Below are positions 39,446 to 52,992 of a stretch of 64,000 bases of DNA, piece by piece (positions within the stretch are counted from its first letter, which is position 1; every line of letters starts with the position of its first letter). The stretch is from Octopus vulgaris. Lineage: Eukaryota. The notes below the pieces were generated by a model, which did no database searches, was not told the origin of the DNA, and saw only the letters and a program-made list of their open reading frames with translations. The stretch lies in NCBI GenBank assembly GCA_951406725.2, contig OX597819.1, positions 95,232,001 to 95,296,000 of the forward strand, written 5' to 3'. The translations under genes were made by a program, and so were the position numbers.

Positions 39446-40299
39446 ACACACGCACATATGCATATTATTTCACGTTCTTTCGAAGATTAGAAATTGTTAT
39501 GTCGTTTCTTTGAAGAGATCTAATCAGTCTGAAACATGTCGCCATTTGTCACTTTGCAAGCGAAAGATCAAATTATTTTCCCATTACCGCATTTCCTATT
39601 TCCTAATTTTAATTAACTGAGGTTCTGATGCATCAACTAATTTCAATTTTTTTTTCACTTAAAGTTGTGATCTTTGCTTTTGTTTGATTATTGCTTGACA
39701 ATGTTTACCTCCCCTTATTACAGCTTTAGTCCGGGTTAATTTCAGTTATCATGCACTCAACATTAAATGTGTTAGAAATTCAAGTAATACTTTGGTTGTC
39801 TCATTTAATGTAACTGAAAAAAGTCATGCACATATACAGACATGCATACACACACACACACTCACACACACACACACACACGTACAGAGATTGGGAGGGA
39901 GAGAGAGAGAAAGAGAGAAAATGAGTATTACATATAATAAAAAAAAATACAGAAAGTGTTAGCTTCATTTAATCATTTATCTGGGGTCACAATTTACGTT
40001 GCACTCTCTGCAATCTGGTAACTGCAACAGACTTGCAGTAATACAATATCAGTTAGCAGTTCACTGACATAGTTCAACACACGGCCACAGATCAAATCTC
40101 TTGCCAGACAAGTACAATTCCGAGATTAAAAAGTCATACGCACACATATATGGCAATCACTAATAGTCACTATTAAAGACGGGAATCAAGAAATTAAAAC
40201 GACGTAAATCTGTATTTATTGCGTAGATTCGTTACAATCTGCGTTGTGCTTCGAATAGAAAGATGAAAATCTGCCGCAGTTTGGCACGAATCTACGCAG

Positions 40300-40361
<62 letters not shown>

Positions 40362-40557
40362 TATACATACGTACATATATACATGCATACATACATACAC
40401 ACACAGGGTGATTTAGAACTCCTTTAACATTTAGATTGTATAAAATTTCTTTCTATAACAATTTTGTTTTTATATTTTTATATATCTTGGTGTGAAAATA
40501 ATTTGATACATACAGATATACATGAATATACATACATACATGCATAAATACATACAT

Positions 40558-40620
<63 letters not shown>

Positions 40621-40811
40621 ATTGAAGAAATGGAGTTGAACGAAGATTGAACAGAAGAAATGGAATATTAAAATTCAATTATCCGCACCAACGCACGGTT
40701 GCAACACCATGGTTGTACCTCCAACCGTGCTGTCTTCTGCTGTGATTTTGCACCAAGGTATCGGTTAAACTTTTGATTAATCTGCAACAAGATTATTCAT
40801 CTTTCTATTTC

Positions 40812-40857
<46 letters not shown>

Positions 40858-41255
40858 AAGTAGTGAGATCCAATATGGTTGTGGTACAGACAGTTGGTTA
40901 TCCTCAACCATAGACAAGGCTTGAATAGAAAACACGAAGATGATAATCGATCAATAAAGTTTATTAATCAATGTATCCAATAAACTGCGTCCCATTTCGA
41001 ATTAGACAGAAATTCCGATAAGATGTCCGCCATTATACAGCTTCAGTATATAGTAAAGAAAGTTGCTAATTATGCGACAATAAGTCTGTGGGTGAAGGGA
41101 ATGGATTAAGCAATTTATACTACCCGTTCCGTTCTCTTCGCTCAAAGACTTACACGCAGGCACGCACACACACACACACATACATACATACATACATACA
41201 TACATACATACATACATACACACATACATACATACATACACACACATACATACAT

Positions 41256-41336
<81 letters not shown>

Positions 41337-41699
41337 AATTTATTATCTTTTTTTGCTCTCCTAAAACCTGTGTTTTTCAGTTTTGAGGTGATTTTAGCTT
41401 CATTTGGCGTCTATTTTCAGCGCGTGGAGAGGGTTGTTTTCCTACCTTGTTATAATTATGTATATAATTATTAATATTATATGTGTGTATGTGTGTGTGT
41501 GTGTATGTAAATACACACATGTATATATGTGTGTGTGCGTCTCTTCAAATTGGTTTAAAATTTTGCTCAAAGCCAGCAATTTGGGGTGAGTGGATAAATC
41601 AATTACATCGACCTCGGGGAAATTATGAATTCCAATTCTGCTGAGGTGGACTTTGCCTTTTCATATTATTTTTAAATGAAAGTGAAAACTCATTAACTT

Positions 41700-42620
41700 A
41701 AAATGACATAATATAATGAACGAATTGACCCTTCTCGTCGAAGGGATTTGATAACAAGAACTATATCGAATCCCGTCTTGTCATGTCTTTGATCGTGAAA
41801 ATTTTCAAGCATTCTAAAACTGTACGCTCAGGTGATGACCTGTCGAGATCTGGAAGATCGAACCCTGTCAGTGAACCACAGCCATCTGTTGCTATTCATT
41901 TTCAAGGAGATACACTCTGTTGCTGCAGGATGCTTTAAATGTATCTCCTACAGCTCTATTTGAAGGTATCTAGTGGGAAGATGATATCTTCCATGATAAA
42001 TGTACGAGATGTTTGAACACGTCATTGATACAATAGCCAGTGATACATACTACCCTAGAAAGATTTTATTTTGTGATGAAACAACTTCTCATGTTAGACA
42101 GTGGGTTTTGTTGAGAAGCTGAATAGCTGAGTACAGGGTTGCCCAAATCCTCACAAAACATTTGATCATTTGATCCAATTGCCCAAAGTTACAGTTTGAA
42201 TAGCTTACACCAAGTTTACTTTTGGTGCCTATTTTTACTACACCACTCTAACATAGAATTCCTACTTGGAGTTCCTGAAAAATGGTACCAGGCATGAGAC
42301 AGAAAAGAATACCCTCCAGCACTAATTTACAGAAAATTGATGTGCTCAATGCATACCAGTTTCTTGATATCCATTTTCCAAGATGTTTGTTGGAAACTGC
42401 TCTTTTGGTCACTTGGAAACCCCGATTCAATTGCTTGAATTTCTCAATTTGGAGATAACTTTGTGGACAAAGCCTACAGAACTACTATCATAGATATTGA
42501 AAATTTACGGTGAAGAATCCAATAAGTAAGGAAAATTCAGACCGGAACATTCTAAAAAGATTCAATTTTAGCAACTCAAAAAGATATCGATTATGTATTG
42601 AACGTGGTGACGGATATTTT
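41700..42620 (+). pseudogene. Decayed Tc1/mariner transposase (resembles the DD41D/rosa type)
   Basis: DLSRSGR (41836), ILFCDETTSHV (42063), PKVTV(W), G.YF, a FQQDGA-like segment near 42270, a W.P.S...L.F..WG-like segment, and C-terminal IERG.G.F. Confidence 0.55.
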
Positions 42621-42965
42621 AACTCGTATACGAACTAGAAAAACATAAAATGTTTATTCAAATATATACACTTGTTTATAGTTGGATTAAACAGTATTAT
42701 AGTGCTAGAGGACTTTTGAATCATCTTATTTACGCGCGCGCGCGCATACACTCAAATACATGCGCCCACAAACATGCATACATGTATGTGTGTATGTATG
42801 TATACTTGTGTATTTGAATGTATTGTGTGTGTGAGAGTGTATATATATATATATATATATATACATATTATATACATACATATATACATATTATATACAT
42901 ACATATTATATACTTATATATTATATACATATATATATAGATACATACATACATACATACATACA

Positions 42966-43000
<35 letters not shown>

Positions 43001-43584
43001 GTATGTGTGTATATACATGCACACACATATACACATATATATGTGTATACATATACATACATGAGAGGGTGAGATTATTATCGTAATTATATTAAAATTT
43101 AACGGATATGTCAATACAAAAACATAACACGATGTCGTATAGCTTCAATTATCAGCATGAAGTTTAATAGATTCTTTATCAAATGAAATACCACTTTCGA
43201 ATGGGAAAAAAATCAAATAAATAAGTAAAATAAATATACATTTCTCCATTTCTGTTCTTGACATATGTAAATAAAAATCAATAAAGTTCCCAAAATTGAA
43301 TAAGTGCGTGTGTCTTGATAACAGGTCAGTTTTGGAATTTATTTAACCTCAAGATGCCCAAAGTTATATAATTTTACCATTAACTAACGTCTGTCTAAAC
43401 GAGACTATCACTCGTTTAGTTGAACCATAGTTATTTTACATATTTTTTCCTTTGCTTAATCAATGTTCACGAGATTTTTAAATACTGTGTGAAAGCTGTA
43501 CTAACGATACACTATGTGGTCCGCAATAAAGCCAAGTCTGAGGCCATAAACAGAGGTCAGTCTGTACAAAAACATACACACGTG

Positions 43585-43730
43585 TGTATCTTTTATCTTT
43601 TACTTGTTTCAGTTATATGACTACAGCCATGCTGGGACACCTCCAACAAATCGACCCAAGGACCTTTTTTAAAGACAAATACTTATTCTATCGTTCTCTT
43701 TGGCCGAACCGCTAGTTACGGGGGCATAAA
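43585..43730 (-). mobile_element. SINE family B, 3' fragment
   Basis: CTTTTACTTGTTTCAGT...GCCGAACCGCTA. Confidence 0.75.
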
Positions 43731-44287
43731 TACATGCATGCATCTATGCATGTATGTATGCATTTAAGTATGTATATGTTTGTTTTTATGCAGAGATATA
43801 ATAAAAGCAATTTTACATTAAACTGAAGGATTACTCAATACTTTTTGTTGAAATCATATTTATTATTCTTTGACATAAATAGTGCTGACAGTGACTTCGT
43901 AATTCGGCCTGCCTTAGCCTTCGACTAAAGACTGAGTGAAGGGTACGCAGACTGAAACTTCGAAGTCACAAATTCGAGAAAAAAAATGTATAAATACATT
44001 TTAACTAAATATCTTTTAAGACACAAACAGCTGTAACTTAGAAATTTAATATTACTTAAATTTCAATTGCCAAGGAAATGTTGGCTATTTATTGTCTGAA
44101 TAATAAGCCTATTATTGAAATATATACAGTAGTTATTTAAATAAATCCTGCATAATAATCATATATATATATATATATATAAGATAAAACTAAGTTGGAA
44201 ATGGATGCGTGGCGTTCGATCACATTATATATATACTCATACATGTACATGCCTACATATATATGTATATATACATGCATATCTGGG

Positions 44288-44961
44288 TGCAGGACGTCAA
44301 AAAAAATGTGAACAAAATGAGAAACGAGAATAGAAAACAAAAGCGTGGAAAACGAACTTTTTTTCGAACAACGAAAGAAACAAATAGAGACACGAGGCAG
44401 GCAACATAAAGAACATTCCCTTCATCAGTTGTCCCCTGTTTTATCTACTCCGCATTTCGAAGGTAAGGATAAGACGCGACTTCGTTAAAACAACCCTTCC
44501 CGCAAAGCAAATTAAATAAAATTTTGGATTTTTTGCGGAGGGTTAAAGTGGTAAAAAAAAACAGGACAGTAAGAAAAAAACAGTACAAACAAACGGTGAG
44601 TGCTGTTAAACCATAGCGAGATGAAGTGGTGAAAGCTGAAAAAACGAACTTTGAGAGAAGACAGGCAAAAGCACGTCTGGGCTTTAGGAAGGAAGTGGAA
44701 GAAAGATAGATAGCCGTTGGTCACGTGTGAGCAACGAGAGAGTCAAGGAGGAAGAGTGAGAGAGAGAGGGAGTGACAGAGAGACAGGGAACAGTGAAGGG
44801 GAGTGGAGAAAAATTAAAGAAAGGGTGTGAGAGAAAAACAGAAATGGAGAAGAACAAGAGAAGGAGATAAAATAGAGATATGTTGTAGAGTGCGCATCGG
44901 AATTATTAAAATAAAACATACTTGATAATGCATGCGTAGCGTTCGATCATATAATGATATA

Positions 44962-45016
<55 letters not shown>

Positions 45017-45165
45017 TATTTGCTTTGCGGGAAGGATTGTTTTAACGAAGTCACGTCTTGTCCCTACCTTCGAAACACGGAGTAGATAAAGCAAGGGAAA
45101 GCTGATGAAGGGAATGTTCTTTATGTTGCCTATCTCGTTTCTCATTTTGTTCGTTTTTTTACGTC

Positions 45166-45170
<5 letters not shown>
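44288..45170. mobile_element. PLE-like non-coding element (family F) with inverted terminal copy
   Basis: 44390-44511 is the reverse complement of 45018-45137, and 44288-44328 matches 45133-45168. The family recurs at 51810-52160 and 54231-55075. Confidence 0.7.
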
Positions 45171-45219
<49 letters not shown>

Positions 45220-45360
45220 ATATATGTATATATGTATGTATGTATGTATGTATATGTATATGTAGGCATGTACATGTATGTGTGTGTATATGCATATATA
45301 TATATTATTTATATATATGACTGAAACAAGTAAAAGAATAAAAGAATATATATATATATT

Positions 45361-45781
45361 CTTTTATTCTTTTACTTGTTTCAGTCATTTCACTGCACAC
45401 ATTCTGGAGTACCGCCTTAAAGGGTTTTAGTCGCAGAAATCGACCCCAGGATATATTTTTTGTAAGCCTAGTACTTTTTGTAAGCCTAATCACTTTTGCC
45501 GAACCGCTAAGTTACAGAGACTAAACACACCAACATCGGTTGTCAAGCGATGGTGGGGAACAAACACAGACACAAAGACACACTCACATAAATGTGTGTG
45601 TATGTGTGTGTGTATGTACAACGGGCTTGTTTTAGTTTCGGTCTACCAAATCCACTCGCAAGGCTTTGGTCAGCCCGAGGCTATAGTAGAAGATACTTGC
45701 CCATGGTGTCACGCAGCGGGACTGAACCCGGAATCATGTGGTTAAGAAACTAGCTTCTTACTACACAGCCACGCCTGCACC
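45361..45781 (-). mobile_element. CORE-type SINE family B, full length
   Basis: Reverse complement of 27750-28157. Confidence 0.9.
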
Positions 45782-45875
45782 TACATACATACATACCTAC
45801 ATACATACATACATACATACATACATACATACATACATACATACATACATACATACATAAATTAAAGAGAAATTA

Positions 45876-46270
45876 GTTAAGAGAAATAACTGTGAATGGT
45901 CAGTGGCATGTATATGAAGAACAGGATAATACAGATATAACAAATGCCATAAAATATAGATTCTTGATTTATTAAAATTGTCTCCGCCTCTACAAGATGT
46001 ATCACAATGACAATTGAGAACAAGACACTTCCTCTAAAGGTGGAGATAATTTTAATAAATCAAGAATTTATGTTGCATTTGATTTGCCTATACTTGTTTA
46101 TGTTGTTCAAGTAGATGTCACTGGCCACTCCGAGTTATTTCTCTTAACTCATTTTTGTTTCGTTTATGCAAATGTGTTCTACTCTTTTTTAATATACGCC
46201 TATGTCTTCTCACTGCGTGACAATTGTCGTGCTAATGACGTCTATTGAGGCAGAAACATTCATCCATGAC
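45876..46270 (+). mobile_element. Inverted-repeat element followed by a decayed hammerhead motif
   Basis: Arms at about 45876-45990 and 46038-46149 (AGTTAAGAGAAATAACT with AGTTATTTCTCTTAACT; ATTCTTGATTTATTAAAATT with AATTTTAATAAATCAAGAAT). Motif at 46226-46270. Confidence 0.65.
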
Positions 46271-46392
46271 TGTCCTCTTATCTCCAGTCAATAAATCTGT
46301 CCTTTTATTTAATAGCGTGTCAACTTTGCAGAATATTTCATTTTAAGATTATCTCTCCGTCCGTTAATAATTCAATAATTTACGTTCTATAG

Positions 46393-46901
46393 CAGGGGTG
46401 GGGAAATCCCCGCAAGCCCATTTTATTGCGCTCGCAGTTTTATATACTTGTATGTACTAAATATAGTAAATTTTTCAATTATAAAATTTATACGATATTC
46501 GTATGTCTATTTGCGACATAGGTCGTGTTTCCACTACGCCTTAAAACGGTTGACTCGAACAGAAAATGTCCGGTAATTGCGATTTGAATGGAAATTTTGT
46601 TTTCACTATAAAACACATATTGCTAGGTTTGTACCACTGCCTTGAGATTCAACTACACTCTAGCTGAAAAATAAAGAATACCTCATAAGTAATATAAACG
46701 TCCTAAATTCAGTGGCGGCGTTGATGAAGATGTTACGCGTTAATTCAATGTCTTAAACTTATCTTTATTAATGTATATCGAATTATACATAGATATATAC
46801 AAGATTTATACAGATGTTAAGCATTAGAATTTCTAGTCCGTCTGCGGACCTTTTTCTTACGAAATTTTTGCTCGCCACACTAAAAAGTTTTCTCACTCCT
46901 G
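46393..46901. mobile_element. hAT-like MITE
   Basis: TIRs CAGGGGTGGGGAA and TTCTCACTCCTG; imperfect 8-bp TSD TTCTATAG / TTCTATGA. Confidence 0.7.
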
Positions 46902-47299
46902 TTCTATGATATTTGATTTACCTGTAATTGTCTGTGTTAAATATGTGTGTGTGCGTGTGTGTGTATGTGCGTGTGTGTGTGTGTGCGTGTGTGTGAGTGT
47001 GTGTGTGTGCGCGGGCGCGTGTGTCTGTGTGTTTATACATACATACATACATACATACATACATACATACATACATACATACATACATTTAGTAAAATGT
47101 TAGCATACGCAAAGATGAAGTAACGTTGACATTTCACGAGTAATTGCGGCAGCGTTATGGCAGAGATATTTCTAAATGTGTCTGTCACAGAATCGATGGA
47201 ATTGTAATTAAGTGAACGAAGACTGTGTGTAATTGTAGTCTCTGAGCCAGCTTACATTAAAAATTAATATACATCAGTATTATTTATATATACATTATG

Positions 47300-47377
<78 letters not shown>

Positions 47378-47406
47378 TTATTGTTGTTGTTGTTGTTGTT
47401 ATTATT

Positions 47407-47533
47407 AAGGCGGTAAGCTGGCAGGATCGTTAGCGCCGGGCAAAATGCTTAGCGGCATTTCGTCCGATTTTACGTTCTGAGTTCAAATATCGCCGGGGTA
47501 GACCTTGCCTTTCATCCATTCGGGGTCGATAAA
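47407..47533 (+). mobile_element. SINE family A, 5' part
   Basis: GGCGGTAAGCTGGCAGGATCGTT...GTTCAAAT...GGGGTCGATAAAA. Confidence 0.85.
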
Positions 47534-47617
47534 AACAACACATATATTACTATTACTGCTATTATCAACACAACCACCTAACCGAGAGTATCCTATACAC
47601 CAGCAACAAGAGAAACA

Positions 47618-47683
47618 CAAGTACCTGTACCAACACCGCAAGTACCTGTACCAACACCGCAAGTACCTGTACCAACACCGCAA
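47618..47683. repeat. 21-bp minisatellite, three copies
   Basis: CAAGTACCTGTACCAACACCG three times in perfect tandem, without spacers. Confidence 0.95.
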
Positions 47684-47770
47684 CAACAACAACACCACTA
47701 CAACAGACACCAATTCTACTAACACACTTAACCAACACCAACATCAGCACCTACCAGCAAATCTAGTACC

Positions 47771-47947
47771 AAATACCTATTTCTTTATTACCCACAAGGG
47801 GCTGAACATAGAGGGGACAAACATGGACAGACATAGGTATTAGGTCGATTATATCGACCCCAGTGCTTAACTGGTACTTAATTTATCGACCCCGAAAGGA
47901 TTAAAGGCAAAGTCGACCTCGGCGGAATTTGAACTCACAACGTAACA
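47771..47947 (-). mobile_element. SINE family A, headless unit
   Basis: AAATACCTATTTCTTT...GGAATTTGAACTCACAACGTAAC. Confidence 0.85.
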
Positions 47948-48406
47948 CCATCAACATCAATCTTCTAATACCACCACCACCATCACGGACATGACCACCA
48001 CAAATAACAATAACGAACATGAACATCACCACCAACATTGCCAGCACTATTACCGCCACCGATCAACTAAGACAATTGCACCTGACAAACATCATAACCA
48101 TCATCAATAAATTACCATCGCCATCATCACCTATATTAACTATTATTATTGTTACAAAATCCAAATATTCAAAAAATATGAGGGGAAAAAAAACAATAAA
48201 CTCACTTGACATTTTCAATAAAACTAAAATTATCCATTTCTATATCCTCGCTGGTCTAACCAATTCTTCAGTTCTTTGGACGATTTATACGGATTCTTGT
48301 TCCATTGTCTTAGTAGCGGTTTCATCATAATTATTTCTATATGGAGAATGCGAATTTGTCTCTAGTGTATTTATATGTATACACATACATACATACATAC
48401 ATACAT

Positions 48407-48497
<91 letters not shown>

Positions 48498-48899
48498 TGT
48501 ATGTATGTATGTATATATACACACACACATACACACATCTGGGGAGAGCTTTCTATGACAGTTGCACGATTCTCTGTAGTATAAGATGTTGATTCAGGTG
48601 TGGATTTTGTTCCGTAGTGAAGGTTATTTCAATACAAATAAAATTTGTAATGTAAGAAATCATAGAAATGTAAAAGTATAATAAATGATAATAACAGATA
48701 ACAAGAAACTGGAATATCTTCCCCGTTTTATTGTCAAGTACCCCACGACAGTAAAGTAAAGGCGAAAGTTTCTTTCAAAAAGAAGTGAGTTTTCTTAAAA
48801 ATATGTGTTTACTAAAGAACAAGTGCTTTCACAGAAAATGAAAATTAAGTTATGAAAGGAATATAAGAAAATGTGACTCACTTTCTCCCACACAGAACC

Positions 48900-50260
48900 A
48901 AATTGTTCACACAATTTTTCATTCATCATAAATGGAAAACGGCAAACCGATTAGAATCATCATATTAGATGTAAAATTGCAAGTGTTGGCAAGCATCAGC
49001 CGTATTTGGGAAAATCTTTAGATAAATGCAGACAAAATAATCGTTTATGCTATTATTACATCATTGTTATCAGCTAAGAAAGTAAGACATTTAAGGAGTA
49101 AAGTTTTATAAGAAAAAAAAGTAGAAGTCATTCTTTTTATATAGGTGGATACTAAAACGCAACGCAATATGTCATTAAGCGAATTTACCAACTTGAAAAA
49201 AGCAAGGAGCATCTCTAAACACTTACAAGAAGTAAAAGCGAATTCAGAAGCATTCACAACTAACAAAGTTTGAATTTACAAGTTCAAGCGGTGGCATAAC
49301 CTACGAAGCATTCATAGATCTGGTGTTGCTGCAAAATGAGGAGAAATAATTTCTTCAGTTTCTTACCCTCCCAATTTGTATTCAATCGTTGAAACAGTCC
49401 TTTTCAAGAAAAACATACCCTGCATTTACATTTCTCGAGAAGAGAATAAAACACTGTCTAACATAAATATTGAAAAGATATTAAGAACATAACCTCAAAC
49501 CTAAAATGCTGGTTTGATATTGCTCCATACCATATCCAGAATCTTGACACCTTTCAAACTTGTATTTCTGTCAAAATAGTTTACCGACGACAGACACTAC
49601 ACTTTCATTCCAACCCATTGATCAGGGTGTAATTTCGCATCCCAAAGCCTTCTTCCTTGGTTACGCTTTCAAACGACTTGTTAACGGAAAAGATGACCAA
49701 GATAAACAATCTGTCAAGAGCTTTTGAAAAAATTATCATATCATGAAGGCCATAGATAATATCAATGCAGCCTAGGGCAAAGTAATCGAGATCTGCTTGA
49801 ATAGAGTTTGAAAGAAGCTGCAGCCAGAATCTTTCTACAATTTCTTGGAATTTCATGAATTTTTAAGTACAAGCAGTCATCAATGACATCGTTGATTTAG
49901 CTAACAAGAAGAGAGTACGAAATGCCAATGCAGAAAATTTAATATACTCCATTGAAAAGCTGCATTAGCTGGCATAGCATCGCATTCAAAAATGGTCCAG
50001 AAAACCTTATCTTAGAGCCAGTGATACCCGAAAGAATTTTAATGATTGAATTCTTCAGTAACGGCATCAGCAAGACTACAGAAATCATGAACCAGTTTAA
50101 CTGGAAGCGCAGCAGCAAGCAGAGACCGGTATCTAGACATGATGTCCTGCTACCAAGAAGTACTTTCTGAGAGAGGTCTCGTGAACATGCAGACGTTGTT
50201 AGATGTATTTATTGAAAAGCAACCAATGTGTGAGGAAGAATCACAGCCTCACATATCCTA
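48900..50260 (+). pseudogene. Decayed Tigger/pogo transposase
   Basis: F.SSSG(W), (D)ETVLFKKNIP..YISREE, a D.AP.H-like segment at about 49515, and LPTTDTTLSFQPIDQGVI (LPPNTTS..QP.DQGVI-like). Confidence 0.75.
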
Positions 50261-51809
50261 AATATAGCATCTTTTTTCCTATTTCGTACGGTTGCTTTAC
50301 AGCTGAATTAATGATGAGTAGACATGTATACTCATGATTAATGTTGATTAATTTAACATGTCTAAGAATTTTATAGCATTATATCATGATTAATAAAAAT
50401 TGTTTACTAATTTCTTCATAACTTATCACAATTTATAACATCACAGTGGCAGAAAAAGTAGATCGTCGGAAAAATTACTTACCAGTATTCTTAGTTTCAT
50501 TGCTCTGTTATAAGCTCAAACTCGACTGATGTCGACATCAAGTAATGGACTGGTACAGCCGTTAGAGTGTCGGGTAAAAATAGTACCAATCAAGGATTGG
50601 CGTTAATTTAATGAAGTATCCCAGATGTGAATGAATTTTAATAGTAGAGATTACTTTTTCATCCTTCCAGGTTCGATAAAATTAATACCAGCAATACACT
50701 GGGGACGATCAGTGGATCACATACCTTCATGTAGTTACTACACCCACAATGTTTTCCTTTCCTAGTGGTTCTGTTGGCAGCCATACCAAATTTGAGAAAA
50801 GTCGTCTCGGTTGGAATCTCGTAAAATGACTCTTAAAATGTTAGAATCAACCCTACCGTCCAAGATGCACAATGTCTAAAAACTTTTTTTTTCGCTGCTT
50901 TCGCGGATTCCCATGGCTCTCTGTCGTCATCCAATTCTTTTATGAATTTTAATTGGGAGCTTAAGTTACAGTGAATCTTTTATTAGCTGATTACATAATC
51001 ATGATCGCCACCCCTATGGATGCGTTGCAATTACTTGCCCTTCATAGTCATGGGCTGCCTTTTGGCAAGGCATAACACCCGTACAGCCACCCTGCCAAGG
51101 ATACGGTGAACGTTATGGAACTGCAGCATGGCGAATTATGACGAGATAGCGGAAGATTTCAACTCTGCCAACATGTTGATTGAACAGCCTTGTGAAAGAA
51201 GGCGTTTCAATCATGATCAATCAGTCCCTCTTTTTGGATACGTAGTACATGTAAGACTACATTATCCAATGTGTAATGTTAGATGGAAGGGTTTTCCATC
51301 AGATGGAGTGGTCGCTTAGAGACCCCTATATATCTCAACTAGTTGGAAATATGGTATATCTGACATCTGACGCAAGTGATCTGAAGTTCACACCAAGACC
51401 TTCTACCTACGTACCATAGATACCTGATCAAGATCGGCCTGGAGCTACTCAGTAACAACAACTGGATCAGTTACTTACTCTTTCGCCACTTTTCCTAACC
51501 AGCTTACAAAATCAAGATAACACTCGTCACCAGGTTTAGTCATCATAACTATTGCCAGTGTCTTTACTACATCCCCCTACTACAGAAACTCATAAGTGGA
51601 AGGTTTTTCAGTCTTTCTCCGAATCACGTATCATTGAAATCTTGGGAAAATACATTTGAAAAACCGATGTCAAGACTGTAGCGTAAAAAGGTGCTTGAGG
51701 ACACTGCAAATTCCGACAGGGAAGTACCAAGGTATAAACGAAGCCAGAACAGCTTCCTGAGAAATATATATATATATACTTGGAAGAGGATGCGTGACGT
51801 TTCATCATA

Positions 51810-52160
51810 TAATAACAAAATAATAAATAAAACATATGCATATATACATACATATATGTACGTACCTACATCTATATGTATATATACATGCATATGTAGG
51901 TACAGGACACCTTTACCTTCGAAACACGGAGTAGACGAAACGGAGGCGGCTGAAGAAGGGGAATTTTCCTTGTGTTGTATGTCTTGTACCCTGTTTTTTC
52001 GTTGTTTAAAAAAATGTCCGTTTCCATGGTTCTGTTTTTATGTTTTCGTTTCTCATTGTGTTCGACGTTTTTTTTTGTGTCCTGTACCTATATATGCATG
52101 TATATATACATATAGATGTAGGTATATATGCATATGTTTTATTTATTATTTTGTTATATA
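51810..52160. mobile_element. PLE-like family F copy with inverted terminal copy
   Basis: 51812-51910 is inverted relative to 52077-52158. The central part carries CCTTCGAAACACGGAGTAG...CTGAAGAAGGG. Confidence 0.7.
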
Positions 52161-52825
52161 TATACACACACGCATAAATATATATATATACATATACATA
52201 TGGCCAATCTTACTTGAATTATTCCCCTTGTCTTATTTTCATTTTTAAATGCTGAACACTGGCAGAGGGTGTTTTTGTCTACTAATTGAATGGATAATGT
52301 CAGGTAAGCAAAGATTTCCTGCTCTCAGTGTTTCATGTGTGAGAATTTACCGTATATGTGTACTGCCTATGCAGGGCGCTTCTCTAAAGCATTGTTGATG
52401 CCTAAATGATCAGTGTATACGAGTATGGATGACTGGGCAGAGTGTTTTTGCTTACTAATTGCATAGATAATTTCATGCAAGTGAAGTTTTTCAGCTTACT
52501 GAATTACGTTGATGCTCAGAAAATGTCTTTGGGTTATTTTCCCCCACTCCTATCGCAAGCCCAAATGGTCTGTCTGTTCGAGTATGTCTTTTCTGGGTTT
52601 GCTGCAACCATTGCTTCTACGGTCACCGAAACTACTGCTATTATTATTACCATCATCTCTAATAGATTCTAGATTCACCATAAATTTCTTACCACTTGAA
52701 TTACTACCACCTTCAGCCTAAGCACCACCACAACTACAAGAACTTCTATCGGCACAAATACCACTATCTTACTTCCACGACCAACATCACCACTCTATCT
52801 CAGCTGTCTTCATGACTATTATCAC

Positions 52826-52992
<167 letters not shown>

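Noticed and set aside
39498-39546. Hammerhead-like TTGAAGA...GAAACATGTC
   Set aside because: A palindromic stem III is present, but the core and stems are too degenerate to support a call.
47618-47683. CRISPR-like direct repeats
   Set aside because: The three 21-bp units are directly adjacent with no spacers, there are no cas genes, and the context is eukaryotic; it is a minisatellite.
50730-51600. LINE reverse transcriptase remnant on the minus strand
   Set aside because: Only faint motif echoes (VEIFRYL, LYGC) are visible, which is not enough without a search.
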